From NCBI GenBank assembly GCA_948466735.1, contig CAOKBR010000002.1, positions 1-56,546 of the forward strand: a stretch of DNA of 56,546 bases, written 5' to 3'. Of the stretch, positions 18,457 to 28,792 are shown piece by piece. The notes below the pieces were generated by a model that had not been told where the DNA came from, did not search any database, and worked only from the letters and a program-made list of their open reading frames with translations. This stretch comes from an uncultured Mycoplasmatota bacterium. GTDB taxonomy: Bacteria > Bacillota_I > Bacilli_A > RF39 > UBA660. A program made the position numbers and the translations under genes. Numbering within the stretch: the stretch's first letter is position 1; every line of letters begins with the position of its first letter.

Positions 18457-20070
18457 CTACATTTTTTCATATGCATTTATCCCCACTAGTGATAAAGCAT
18501 TTTTTATCGTAATTTGAACAGCTCTGATTAATGCTAAATGGTCTATCGTATACTCCGTGTCACTAGTTATAATTTTTTCATTAGCATAATAATTATGAAA
18601 TAAACTAGCTAAATCATAAACATAATTTACAATTGGATGTACTTCTTTTTTAATTGCACATTTTTTAGCCACTTCCTTAAATTCATAAACCTTTTCTAAA
18701 ACATTATATGCACTATCACTCGTTATGCTCTTATAAGTTGCTTTTTTATCTAGTAATTCTAGATTAGCATTTAATATTGAGCAAATTCTAGCATGAGCAT
18801 AATTAATGTAGTAAACAGGATTATCATTAGACTGTTGTAGAGCAAGATCTAAATCAAAATCAATTTGTGTATCAGGGCTATGGCTAACAAAGAAATATCT
18901 CGCTACATCTTTTCCTACTTCATCTAATAGTTCATCTAGAGCTACAGCATTTCCTGTTCGCTTACTCATTTTTACTTCTTCACCATTCCGTAGAAGCCTT
19001 ACCATCTGTAAAATTAATATCTCCAATTTTTTAGAATCATATCCCATCATTTCGATACTTGCTTTTAATCTTTTCGTATATCCGTGATGATCTGCTCCTA
19101 AGATATCAATAAGCTCATCAAATCCTCGCTCATACTTATATGTATGATACGCAATATCAGGAAGTAAATACGTATTTGTTTTGTCTTTTTTTATCAGTAC
19201 TCGATCTTTATCATCACCATACTTCGTCGTTTTTAAAAATAAGGCATCATTTTCTATATAAGTATTATTCGATTGTTTTAGTTTTTCTATCGCTTGTTCT
19301 ACTCTTCCTTCTTGATAAATAGAACTTTCTTTCGTCCATTTATCATAAACAACGCCAAAACGTTTTAAATCTTTTTCAATTCTTGCTAAAAGACGATTCA
19401 TTGCATATTCTTTGAAGTAAGATAAATCTTTATCTAACCAAGCCGTTTGATATTCTTGATATAATTCCTTGGCCATAATAATAATATCTTGCCCATGATA
19501 GCCATTTTCTGGAAACTCCACTTCAATATTACAACATTCCTTATACCTTGCTAAAAGGGATAATCCTAAATTATTGATTTGATTTCCTGCATCATTGACA
19601 TAATATTCACGGGTAACCTCATATCCTGCAAAAGTTAAAATATTAGCTAAGCTATCTCCTAGCGCTGCTCCTCTAGCATGACCTAGATGAAGAATTCCAG
19701 TAGGGTTAGCACTAACAAATTCTAAGTTTACTTTTCTATGTTCTCCAACGTTACTTTTTCCATAATTTTCTTTTTTTTCTAAAACTTCATCGATGTTTTC
19801 TAATAAATAATCACGCGTCACAAAAAAATTAATAAAACCAGGTGCTTTTACTTCAATCTTTAAAATTTTCTCATCATGAATATCGCGAGTTAACATATTC
19901 GCTATTTCTAAAGGATTCTTTTTTAAAACACTCGCTAACTTCATTGCAAGATTACTTGCATAATCTCCATTATTCTTATCTTTACATTTTTCAATGACCA
20001 AATCATTCGGATAATCAATTGATAAAGTACTCATCTGTTGCTTTAACAATTCTTTTAATTGCTCCTTCAT
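18457..20070 (-). CDS. argS: Arginine--tRNA ligase
   Basis: 537 aa, class I motifs (SANPTGILHLGHARG, MSKRTG). Confidence 0.96.
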   Translation of the reverse strand: MKEQLKELLKQQMSTLSIDYPNDLVIEKCKDKNNGDYASNLAMKLASVLKKNPLEIANMLTRDIHDEKILKIEVKAPGFINFFVTRDYLLENIDEVLEKKENYGKSNVGEHRKVNLEFVSANPTGILHLGHARGAALGDSLANILTFAGYEVTREYYVNDAGNQINNLGLSLLARYKECCNIEVEFPENGYHGQDIIIMAKELYQEYQTAWLDKDLSYFKEYAMNRLLARIEKDLKRFGVVYDKWTKESSIYQEGRVEQAIEKLKQSNNTYIENDALFLKTTKYGDDKDRVLIKKDKTNTYLLPDIAYHTYKYERGFDELIDILGADHHGYTKRLKASIEMMGYDSKKLEILILQMVRLLRNGEEVKMSKRTGNAVALDELLDEVGKDVARYFFVSHSPDTQIDFDLDLALQQSNDNPVYYINYAHARICSILNANLELLDKKATYKSITSDSAYNVLEKVYEFKEVAKKCAIKKEVHPIVNYVYDLASLFHNYYANEKIITSDTEYTIDHLALIRAVQITIKNALSLVGINAYEKM

Positions 20071-20071
20071 C

Positions 20072-20419
20072 TTATTCCTCCATCCAATTCATATCAATTT
20101 TAATCAAGTCTTCTGTCTCATCCAATTGATAAACAACTTCAAACTTATTTCCTTGAAAATTTAACTTTCGAACTAATAGTGATGCTTCAAAACTAATGTT
20201 TTCTTTTTTTAATTCATAAACTAACTTTTTCTTAGCGAAATTGAAGGTCGATTTTTTTTCTTTATCTTCTCTAATGAATAAAAGCTCATCTATATTAAAG
20301 TGATACGATACTTCATCATAATGAAAATGAATTTTATTCAAATTTTGTAAACCTAAGCACATAAATTCGTATTTTTCGTCCATATTAACTAATGAAAATT
20401 TGACTCTTATTTTAGACAT
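20072..20419 (-). CDS. DUF1934 (YwiB-like) beta-barrel protein
   Basis: About 115 aa, immediately upstream of argS as ywiB is in Bacillus. There is sequence-level resemblance only, and the start chosen (ATG at 20419) is uncertain. Confidence 0.55.
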   Translation of the reverse strand: MSKIRVKFSLVNMDEKYEFMCLGLQNLNKIHFHYDEVSYHFNIDELLFIREDKEKKSTFNFAKKKLVYELKKENISFEASLLVRKLNFQGNKFEVVYQLDETEDLIKIDMNWMEE

Positions 20420-20528
20420 TAAAATCACACCACAAATTTCTAATTTGCATTATAACATATCTTTATAAAAATGCATACATATTTTAATTATTTTTTTCAA
20501 ACGATGACATTGAAAGGAAGCGTTATCC

Positions 20529-22481
20529 ATGAAAATCGTAAAAAAAGTAGTAAAATACATCACTTTAATGAGCATTATCTTTCTAGTTTTTATCCTCGCC
20601 GTTTATACTTATGCAAGACTAACACCAAAAATTCAAATTAAAAGTGCAAATAGTTTTTCTCTTTATGATAAAGATATGCAAATGTTTTTTCAAGGATCCG
20701 AGAGCAAAGAATGGATAGCATTACAAGAAATTTCTCCACATTTAGTCAATGCTACGTTATCAATTGAGGATAAACATTTCTATTCCCATCACGGTTTTGA
20801 TTTATTAAGAATTGCTAAAGCACTTTATGTAAACATCACTTCTGGATCTAAAAAACAAGGGGCTTCAACAATTTCACAACAATATGCTAAAAATTTATTC
20901 TTAGATTTTGATAAAACTTGGCAAAGAAAATTAAAAGAAATGTGGTTAACATTAAAATTAGAAACACATTATTCAAAAGATGAAATTCTAGAAGGATATT
21001 TAAATACCATTAATTATGGACACGGAATGTATGGAATTGAAAATGCATCTAAATACTATTTTAATAAAAGTGCGACTGACTTATCTTTAGCAGAAGCTAC
21101 CATTTTAACAGGAATTCCTAAATCACCTTCGAATTACTCGCCACTAGTAAATTTTGAATTAGCAAAAACAAGACAAAAAACAATTTTATCCTCTATGGTA
21201 AAAAATAAAATGATTACCCAAGAAGAAGCTGATGCTGCTTATTTAGAAGAGTTAACTTTTACTGGAAAAAGACAATATGTTAATTTAAGTACTATTATGT
21301 ATTATCAAGATGCAGTTATTAAAGAATTAAAAACCATTTCTTCCATTCCTTCTTCTTATTTACAAACAGGGAGCTTAAAAATTTATACAACACTTGACAT
21401 CAATGCGCAAACGCTATTAGAAAACAACATTAAAGAAATTATGCCTGATAACGAGTTACAAACAGCAGCAGTAATGATGGATCCTAATAATGGAGGAGTT
21501 CTTGCCTTAGTCGGGGGAAAAGACTATAATATTAGTCAATTTAATCGAGCAACGCAAGCGATGCGACAAGTTGGATCAACCATGAAACCTTATTTATATT
21601 ATTCTGCCTTAGAAAATGGATTTACCTCAAGCACAACTTTTACCAGTGAAGAGACAACCTTTACTTTTTCTAATAATAAAAGTTATAGCCCCCAAAATTA
21701 TAATGCTAAGTATGGAAATAAACCTATTTCAATGGCCACTGCTATTGCTTATTCAGAAAATATATATGCCGTTAAAACCCATATGTTTCTTGGTGAAAAT
21801 GCTTTAGTTGATATGGCAAAACGCGTAGGAATCACCGCTGATTTAGAACCTATTCCATCTCTTGCTTTAGGAACAGGAGAAATTAGTGTTTTAGAAATGG
21901 CTGCTGGGTACTCTGCTTTTGCTAATGAAGGATACAAAATTAAACCACACTTTATAAAAAGAGTCGAAGATGGATATGGTAATGTTTTATATGAATTTAA
22001 AGAAGAAAAGGAAGCTGTACTAAATAAGAGTTTAACTTTTATTTTAAATAATTTACTAACTGCTACTTATGATACTGATTTTATTGATTATAATTATCCT
22101 ACTGCAGTAGGTATTAAAGCTAGGCTTACTAATAAATATGCCTTAAAATCAGGAACAACGAACACTGACAACTGGTATATTGGCTATACTCCTCAAATTG
22201 TTACCGCGGTATGGGTAGGATATGATAATAATCAAGCACTAGAAGTTTCTGAATATAAATATGCCCAAAATATATGGGTGAACTCTATGGAAAAATATTT
22301 TACTGATAAAGAGGCTACTTGGTATACAATGCCAAGTAATGTAGTTGGAATTTTAGTAGAGCCTATATCAGGAAAACCCGCTACAGAAAACTCCGAGAAA
22401 AAAAAGATCATGTACTTTATTAAAGGTACTGATCCTAGTCGAGAAGATCCTGTTTTTGATGAATATACCACAACAGATTAA
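20529..22481 (+). CDS. Class A penicillin-binding protein (glycosyltransferase GT51 + transpeptidase)
   Basis: TM anchor. GT51 motifs: SIEDKHFYSHHGFD, GASTISQQYAKN and RKLKE. Transpeptidase motifs: STMKP, SEN and KSGTT. Confidence 0.95.
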   Translation: MKIVKKVVKYITLMSIIFLVFILAVYTYARLTPKIQIKSANSFSLYDKDMQMFFQGSESKEWIALQEISPHLVNATLSIEDKHFYSHHGFDLLRIAKALYVNITSGSKKQGASTISQQYAKNLFLDFDKTWQRKLKEMWLTLKLETHYSKDEILEGYLNTINYGHGMYGIENASKYYFNKSATDLSLAEATILTGIPKSPSNYSPLVNFELAKTRQKTILSSMVKNKMITQEEADAAYLEELTFTGKRQYVNLSTIMYYQDAVIKELKTISSIPSSYLQTGSLKIYTTLDINAQTLLENNIKEIMPDNELQTAAVMMDPNNGGVLALVGGKDYNISQFNRATQAMRQVGSTMKPYLYYSALENGFTSSTTFTSEETTFTFSNNKSYSPQNYNAKYGNKPISMATAIAYSENIYAVKTHMFLGENALVDMAKRVGITADLEPIPSLALGTGEISVLEMAAGYSAFANEGYKIKPHFIKRVEDGYGNVLYEFKEEKEAVLNKSLTFILNNLLTATYDTDFIDYNYPTAVGIKARLTNKYALKSGTTNTDNWYIGYTPQIVTAVWVGYDNNQALEVSEYKYAQNIWVNSMEKYFTDKEATWYTMPSNVVGILVEPISGKPATENSEKKKIMYFIKGTDPSREDPVFDEYTTTD

Positions 22482-23038
22482 TAGATAATTTTAATAAAAT
22501 CTCCTGTTTTTGCCAATAAAGCGTTGGCATCATCCGTATCTAAGTGACATTCTAAAGCGTAATTTTGTCCTTCTTTAATCTTAACGTGATGCAAAATGGC
22601 TCCTTTTTCTCCTTGAATTTCGATTGACACTTCATCTTTATCTTCCAAATTAAGTGCTATTCTATCATTTTTAGTCATATGAATGTGCCTTGTTGCTAAA
22701 ATGGCACACTCTTTTTTTATTGAACCATTTAATCCGATAATTTCTACCATTTGAGCTTTTGTTAAATCTCCAGAATCACGAACAGGCGGATTAATTCCTA
22801 ATTGATAAGCATCGGTTTTACTAAGTTCTACTTGAGTATATTTTCTTATAGGACCAAGGATACGTACATTTTCAATACTATTCTTTTCTGTTTTTATGGT
22901 AACTACTAAATTTGATGCAAATTCACCTGGCTGTACTAAACTTTTTTTCACTTCCAACGGAGTATTTCCAAATAAAATTTGATAGTCTTCTTCATTCAAA
23001 TGAACATGGCGATTAGAAACTCCTAATAATATATCCAC
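22478..23038 (-). CDS. pduL: Phosphate propanoyl/acetyl-transferase PduL family
   Basis: Duplicated PduL motifs: GVSNRHVHL at the N-terminus and ATRHIHM in the second half. Stand-alone, with no microcompartment genes nearby. Confidence 0.85.
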   Translation of the reverse strand: MDILLGVSNRHVHLNEEDYQILFGNTPLEVKKSLVQPGEFASNLVVTIKTEKNSIENVRILGPIRKYTQVELSKTDAYQLGINPPVRDSGDLTKAQMVEIIGLNGSIKKECAILATRHIHMTKNDRIALNLEDKDEVSIEIQGEKGAILHHVKIKEGQNYALECHLDTDDANALLAKTGDFIKIIY

Positions 23039-23132
23039 TTTATCATCTCCCTATTTATTTTAACACTAACATTATTTTTCGTAAATATTTTTCCATCTTT
23101 CCCATATAATGAAATAGCGAAAGGAGATATTT

Positions 23133-23465
23133 ATGAATCAAAATGTAAATTCTAATCCATTTTTGGGAGGAACTCAACCCCCTATACAAAATTTTCCTAA
23201 TTTTAACAATCAACAACAAAATCAAAATATGATTGCTCAACCACAATATGCTGAGAATCTTTTACAATTAAACCGAGGAAAAATGGCTAGATTCTTTATG
23301 TCATATTCTGATTCTATTGAGTGGCGCGATCGTATTTTTGAAGGAATTATTGAAGATGCTGGTAGAGATTATACCCTTCTAAGAGACCCTAAAAATAATC
23401 GCTCTACTATTTTATGGAACGTCTATTTAAACTTTGTTGAGTTTGACGAGCCGATTAACCACTAG
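23133..23465 (+). CDS. gerQ: Spore coat protein GerQ-like
   Basis: Gln/Asn-rich N-terminus followed by LLQLNRGKMARFFMSYSDSIEWRDRIFEGIIEDAGRDYTLLRD...YLNFVEFDE, as in GerQ/YwdL. It is close to ung, as in B. subtilis. Confidence 0.75.
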   Translation: MNQNVNSNPFLGGTQPPIQNFPNFNNQQQNQNMIAQPQYAENLLQLNRGKMARFFMSYSDSIEWRDRIFEGIIEDAGRDYTLLRDPKNNRSTILWNVYLNFVEFDEPINH

Positions 23466-23470
23466 AAATA

Positions 23471-23497
23471 AAAGGAATGATTGCTTCATTCTTTTTA
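23471..23497 (+). terminator. Terminator after gerQ
   Basis: GGAATGA-ttgct-TCATTC followed by TTTTT. Confidence 0.45.
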
Positions 23498-23531
23498 ATT
23501 TGATATAATAAATATTATAGAGGAGGTTAAA

Positions 23532-24053
23532 ATGTTTTATTTTGTTGTTTCTTTTATTGTTATTCTTGCTATACTTGGAATATTTATCATGACCATTTAT
23601 AATAAATTTCAAATTACGATTATTAAAATTAATAAAGCAGAAAATAATCTTGATTCTTTATTCAATAAAAGAAAAGTGCTCCTTTTACGAACTATTTCTA
23701 ATATTGAAGAAAATGATGAATTAAAAGAAATGAAAGATGAATTAGACTTTGATATTGTCCTTGAAAATCATTTTGAGGCGAAGAAAAAATTATTTTTGCT
23801 ATCAACAGAGTTATTTAACTATCTTGATTCAATTTCTAAAACGAGGGAAATTGATGAATTATTAGTTGATTTTGAACGTAATGACATAGAAATTGATAGT
23901 GCTATTTCCTATTATAATGATCAAGTGGTAATTTATAATCGCTTAATTAAATGTTTTCCTTCTAATTTAGTTAGCTTGATTTTTCATTATCAAAAAAAAT
24001 CGTTTTATGAAGGAGAAACAAAGGAAATCGACGATATTATTGTAAAGAGCTAA
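23532..24053 (+). CDS. LemA family membrane protein
   Basis: N-terminal TM segment, YNKFQ..., and C-terminal YYNDQVVIYNRLIKCFPSNLV, characteristic of LemA. Confidence 0.8.
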   Translation: MFYFVVSFIVILAILGIFIMTIYNKFQITIIKINKAENNLDSLFNKRKVLLLRTISNIEENDELKEMKDELDFDIVLENHFEAKKKLFLLSTELFNYLDSISKTREIDELLVDFERNDIEIDSAISYYNDQVVIYNRLIKCFPSNLVSLIFHYQKKSFYEGETKEIDDIIVKS

Positions 24054-24732
24054 GCTCTTTTTCTTTTATTTGCCAGTTAATAGGACTTAGCCCTTGGCTT
24101 GTTAAGAATTGATTTGTTTTAGAAAACGGTTTACTTCCAAAGAAACCATTATATGCAGATAACGGAGATGGGTGAGCGGATTCTACTACATAGTGAATTG
24201 GATTCGTAATCAACTTCTTTTTTCCACGAGCATAACTACCCCATAAGATAAATACCACAGGTGTTGTTTTTTGATTAATAATTTTAATGACATCATCAGT
24301 AAATATTTCCCAACCTCTATCTTTGTGAGACGCTGGTTTTCCTTCTTCCACAGTTAAAACAGCATTTAATAAAAGTACCCCTTCTTTAGCCCACTGCATT
24401 AGTGACCCATTTGATGGAATAGTGCATCCTAAATCATCATGTAATTCTTTAAAAATGTTTTGTAATGATGGTGGTTTTCTTATTCCCTCTTTAACCGAAA
24501 AGGATAATCCATGTGCTTGTCCTATACCATGATAAGGATCTTGGCCTAAAAGTACAACTTTAACATCTTGATAAGAAGTCATTTTAAATGCATTAAAAAT
24601 ATCTGTTGACTTAGGATAAATTGTCTTTATTTTATATTCATCTTTAACAAATTCGATTAATTTTTGAAAATACTCTTTTTTTAATTCCTCGCTTAATAAA
24701 TTGTCCCAATCATTTCCAAACATATTTTTCAC
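24037..24732 (-). CDS. ung: Uracil-DNA glycosylase
   Basis: VVLLGQDPYH, GVLLLNAVLTV and HPSPLSA motifs. Confidence 0.96.
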   Translation of the reverse strand: MKNMFGNDWDNLLSEELKKEYFQKLIEFVKDEYKIKTIYPKSTDIFNAFKMTSYQDVKVVLLGQDPYHGIGQAHGLSFSVKEGIRKPPSLQNIFKELHDDLGCTIPSNGSLMQWAKEGVLLLNAVLTVEEGKPASHKDRGWEIFTDDVIKIINQKTTPVVFILWGSYARGKKKLITNPIHYVVESAHPSPLSAYNGFFGSKPFSKTNQFLTSQGLSPINWQIKEKELSSLQ

Positions 24733-24758
24733 TTCCTTTTACTATTATATCACTTTTT

Positions 24759-26039
24759 TTACTTATTTTTTAATGTTAAATGAAAAAATATTTTCTCTCT
24801 TAAACAAAAAATAGTGTAAACGTTTAATATTGCCATTAACGCTACTAAAATATCTACTATATTCCATAATATACTAGGACTAGCAACACTACCAAAAATA
24901 AGTAAAGTTAAAGTTAAAATAACCAAAATCAATCGATAATTAGAAAATTTTTCTTTTAAAAGATATTTAAGATTACTTTCACCATAATAATAACCAGTGA
25001 CAATGGTAGAAAAAGAAAATAATACAATAATGACAATTAAAAAGGTATTACCAAAACTACCAAAGTGTTCTCTAAAGGCAAATTGAGCAAGTTCTATTCC
25101 ATTCATATTTAAAAATTGCTGACCTTGATAATCTGAGGTCATAATAATTAAAGCCGTTGAGGTACACACAATCAAACTAGTAAAATATACTCCTACAATT
25201 TGGACTAATCCTTGACCTATCGCATTATTGGTATCTGCTGTTGAGCTTGCTATTGCTGATGTTCCAAGCCCTGCTTCATTAGAGAAAACTCCTCTTTGTA
25301 TTCCAATTAATATAGTACTAATAAAACCTACACTAGCACTTCTTAAGTTTAAACCAGATTTTACAATTGACATAAAAATTGTCGGAAGTTCTTGAAAATG
25401 CTTTATAGATACAATAATTGTAACTAGTAAATAGCATAATCCCATAATAGGAACCAATTTATTAGAAAATTTACTAATACCTTTTAATCCCTTGTAAATA
25501 ACTAAAAAAGTAATTATAGCAATAATAATTCCACTTGCTAATGAGGGAAGATATGCTTCTAAACTTTTGGCTATGGTATTAGATTGAATGGTAAGAAAAC
25601 CTAAGATATAAGCAAAACAAGTTAAGATAGCATATACTACTGCCATATTTTTTTGATTTAGGCCATAATCCATATAATAAGAGGGTCCTCCAATATAGTT
25701 ATTGTTATCTTTTTTTCGATACAGCACTCCTAGACAGCTTTCGACAAAAGAGTTTGGTGCCAAAAGAATTGATGATATCCATACCCAAAAAATAGTACCT
25801 ACTCCACCAATATAAATGGCTAACGCAATTCCTGCAATAGAGCCTACCCCAACTTTAGCAGCTGTTGATAACATTAAAGTATCAAATGGTGTAATATTAC
25901 TATCTTTTTTATGATGAAAACTTTCCCTAATTTTTTTGATATTAAATTGTATTCCTTTTAACTTTATCGTAAAATATATTCCACTTGCCATCATGAATAC
26001 TGTTGCAATTAACCAAAGAACTTTATTAACGTATTCCAT
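24759..26039 (-). CDS. Sodium:alanine (amino acid) symporter, AGCS family
   Basis: About 426-aa polytopic protein with FSNEAGLGTSAIA and other AGCS-typical blocks. Start set at the ATG at 26039 (AGGTGA upstream). Confidence 0.85.
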   Translation of the reverse strand: MEYVNKVLWLIATVFMMASGIYFTIKLKGIQFNIKKIRESFHHKKDSNITPFDTLMLSTAAKVGVGSIAGIALAIYIGGVGTIFWVWISSILLAPNSFVESCLGVLYRKKDNNNYIGGPSYYMDYGLNQKNMAVVYAILTCFAYILGFLTIQSNTIAKSLEAYLPSLASGIIIAIITFLVIYKGLKGISKFSNKLVPIMGLCYLLVTIIVSIKHFQELPTIFMSIVKSGLNLRSASVGFISTILIGIQRGVFSNEAGLGTSAIASSTADTNNAIGQGLVQIVGVYFTSLIVCTSTALIIMTSDYQGQQFLNMNGIELAQFAFREHFGSFGNTFLIVIIVLFSFSTIVTGYYYGESNLKYLLKEKFSNYRLILVILTLTLLIFGSVASPSILWNIVDILVALMAILNVYTIFCLREKIFFHLTLKNK

Positions 26040-26105
26040 TTTATCACCTAACTTTATCATAAAAGATAAAATGATAAAAAATTGACGAAAAAAGAAATAC
26101 CACTT

Positions 26106-26558
26106 TTATTTATGATATTTCTCATGATTCATAATGGTAAATGCTCGGTATATTTGTTCTAGAAGTAAAACTCTAAAGAGTTGATGGGGAAATGTAAGTG
26201 AGGAAAACGATAGATGCATCTTGGAAAGTTTTTTAATTTCCTCATCTAACCCGTAAGAACCTCCAATAATAAAGGTGACTTGTGAATAATGAACTAAAGT
26301 TTGCTCAATTAAACTAGCAAATTCTTCTGACGTACACATTTTTCCTTCAATTTCTAAAGTAATTATATAATCTTTATCCGATATTACTTTTAAAATTTTT
26401 TCTTTTTCTTTTCGTTTACAGACAATAACATCATCCATAGACGAATCAGATAACTCAATTAACTCAAATTTGGTATATTTTGATAATCTTTTTTCATATT
26501 CCTTAAATAAAGATGAAAACTCTTCTTTTAATTTTCCTACACAAATGACTCTTATCAT
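26106..26558 (-). CDS. rlmH: 23S rRNA (pseudouridine1915-N3)-methyltransferase RlmH
   Basis: VICVGKLKE..., FIIGGSYGL and LTFPHQL, matching the SPOUT RlmH pattern. Start at the ATG at 26558 (GAGGT upstream). Confidence 0.92.
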   Translation of the reverse strand: MIRVICVGKLKEEFSSLFKEYEKRLSKYTKFELIELSDSSMDDVIVCKRKEKEKILKVISDKDYIITLEIEGKMCTSEEFASLIEQTLVHYSQVTFIIGGSYGLDEEIKKLSKMHLSFSSLTFPHQLFRVLLLEQIYRAFTIMNHEKYHK

Positions 26559-26559
26559 T

Positions 26560-27324
26560 TTATACCTCAATTAATTTACTACCTTCTAACTGGGTAGCAA
26601 CATATATTTTAGGTGATGGTATTTCTTTTTTCTTAAATTCTTCCACTACTGCTTGTATAGCCAATTCTTCGTTGTTATTTGTTTCACTTAGATGGGCTAA
26701 GACAATATAATCTGTTTTACTTCCAATGATCCCAGATAGATATTTAGCTGCGGCATGATTGGATAAATGTCCTATGTCACTAATTACTCTTTGTTTTAAA
26801 TAATATGGATAAGATCCTTCCATCAACATTTTTTCATCATGATTACTTTCTATAATATAAATGTTTTTATTTTGAATTTTTGATAAATATTTTCGATTAA
26901 TATACCCTGTATCAGTAATATATACTAAGCTCTTTCCTTGATATACAAAGGAAAAACCAACGGGAGATATAGCATCATGAGAAATAGGGATTAATTCTCC
27001 TTCTATATCGTCTAAGAAAAATTTATCAGATAAAATTTCAATTTGTTTAGGATTAATCATTTGACTAATTTCATCTACATTTTCTTTAGTGACAAAAACT
27101 TTACAAGATAACTTTTTGGCAAAAGAAACTAAACCTTTAATATGATCCTTATGTGTATGGGTAATTAAAATATATTTAATTTTAGATAAATCTACGTTTA
27201 ATGGCTCTATTCGTAAGATAAAATCGTGATAAGTAATTCCCACATCAATTAAAAAATAGATATCATTACACATTACTAAGGTGACATTTCCCTTAGATCC
27301 ACTAGCAATTACTTTAACTTCCAT
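26560..27324 (-). CDS. MBL-fold metallo-hydrolase (YycJ/WalJ-like)
   Basis: ITHTHKDH metallo-beta-lactamase motif. Its position next to rlmH is as in Bacillus. Confidence 0.85.
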   Translation of the reverse strand: MEVKVIASGSKGNVTLVMCNDIYFLIDVGITYHDFILRIEPLNVDLSKIKYILITHTHKDHIKGLVSFAKKLSCKVFVTKENVDEISQMINPKQIEILSDKFFLDDIEGELIPISHDAISPVGFSFVYQGKSLVYITDTGYINRKYLSKIQNKNIYIIESNHDEKMLMEGSYPYYLKQRVISDIGHLSNHAAAKYLSGIIGSKTDYIVLAHLSETNNNEELAIQAVVEEFKKKEIPSPKIYVATQLEGSKLIEV

Positions 27325-28789
27325 AAAATACCCATGGACTCACATGAGTCCCCCCATAATAAGGGAATCCTTTCCAAATTCCAAAATGTAAGTGGGGTCC
27401 TGTTGCCCATCCTGTATCTCCCATCGTTCCAATGACTGTTTTCCCCATTTCCACGTGTTGTCCTGCTGATACATACCGATTGGCTAAATGAGCATAAATA
27501 GTATAATAACCGTTATTATGATTAATAACAATATATTCTCCATTAACAGAAGTATATGATGATACTTCAACAACACCATTATTTGCTGCATAAATTGGTG
27601 AACCATATCCTGTTCCTGATATATCAATTCCATCATGGAATGAACCCCAACGCCAACCATAGTTACTAGTAATAACATATGGTGTCCTAGTAGGCCATGC
27701 CCAAAGATTAACGTCTCCATAACTTGTACTTTTTCCACCACGAACAATCACTTCATTAATTACAGGTTTTACAATTTCATTTTTATCTACATGCGCATAC
27801 GCTAATTCACCATTATTAGTTACTACACTTTTAGTTACTTTTTGTGTACCATTTTCTCCTTTTTGACGAACTTCACTATATCCAATTAGTAAATTATCAT
27901 CATAAACAATTTCCGTTTTATACTTTACCTCTTCAAGTTCTACAGTACGATATTCTTCTACTGTTTTAAACTTAGGTTGCAAAATTCCAAGTGTTACTTG
28001 TTGCCCTGGATATAATAGACTTGATGCACTTGTAAATTGAGGGTTAGCAATTAAAAATTCTTCTTGACTCATTTTATTATTAAATGCTACATCTTCAATC
28101 GTATCTCCTTCTTGCACCGTGTAGTTTTCTTTGATATCTAATGTTCCAAAAAGTAAATAGCGACTTAAATCATCTACATTAGTAAAAATCTTTTTATCTA
28201 CTGGAATATTTTCTTTTTTTATGGTAATATTATTTTCAATATAAATATCTTCTACATATTTCCCAACATCCACAATCTCTTTCTGTGTTGAGTTAAGAAA
28301 AGCATCATATTCGTTATTATCAATAAATGATCTGATTGTCTTATCTGCTGCCTCAGTAAAAATATTTTCATCTAACACATAAACATATTCCGTAGGTGTC
28401 ATTGCTGTTTCTCCGCTTTCAGAGGTTTCCTCAATTCCGTTAATTGTTATTTTATAGCCATTAATAGTGAAAGGAGAAATATCTTTAATTTTATCATATA
28501 TTTGTTCCACTGATGATATTTTTTCATCAAAGGTGATTTCTTTTACAATGTTTAAATCAGTAGGAGCATATACTTTATCTACTTTATATTGCTCTTTTAA
28601 TATTTGTTGACCTTGGTCAATATAACGTTCTAATTTTGCCTTAGATTCAATTAACCCTAATGATTCTCCCTTTAAATATACTCGGTAAACGTCTTTTGGA
28701 ACACTTGATTTAGATTCTGGAAGTCCTATAATTAAACCTAAACTCAATATACATGAGATAAATATTGAACAAATTAATCTACCTTTCAT
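27314..28789 (-). CDS. Secreted M23 peptidase with LysM and G5 domains
   Basis: Signal/anchor peptide, LysM (YTVQEGDTIEDVA...LLYPGQQV), a G5-like segment (EVRQKGENGTQKV) and an intact M23 site (FHDGIDISG, YAHL, GPHLHFG). Confidence 0.88.
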   Translation of the reverse strand: MKGRLICSIFISCILSLGLIIGLPESKSSVPKDVYRVYLKGESLGLIESKAKLERYIDQGQQILKEQYKVDKVYAPTDLNIVKEITFDEKISSVEQIYDKIKDISPFTINGYKITINGIEETSESGETAMTPTEYVYVLDENIFTEAADKTIRSFIDNNEYDAFLNSTQKEIVDVGKYVEDIYIENNITIKKENIPVDKKIFTNVDDLSRYLLFGTLDIKENYTVQEGDTIEDVAFNNKMSQEEFLIANPQFTSASSLLYPGQQVTLGILQPKFKTVEEYRTVELEEVKYKTEIVYDDNLLIGYSEVRQKGENGTQKVTKSVVTNNGELAYAHVDKNEIVKPVINEVIVRGGKSTSYGDVNLWAWPTRTPYVITSNYGWRWGSFHDGIDISGTGYGSPIYAANNGVVEVSSYTSVNGEYIVINHNNGYYTIYAHLANRYVSAGQHVEMGKTVIGTMGDTGWATGPHLHFGIWKGFPYYGGTHVSPWVFYGS

Positions 28790-28792
28790 CTT

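Noticed and set aside
20429-20528. Looked for a T-box leader upstream of the DUF1934-argS operon.
   Set aside because: The intergenic region is only 100 nt and is shared with the divergent PBP gene. No T-box sequence (AANNNGGUGGNACCGCG-like) is present.
27484-27747. 87-aa His/Met-rich ORF in an alternative frame of the M23/LysM peptidase gene. A similar ORF at 28828..29022 lies inside dnaB.
   Set aside because: They are on the same strand but out of frame within well-supported CDSs. Their composition is an artefact of the overlapping frame.
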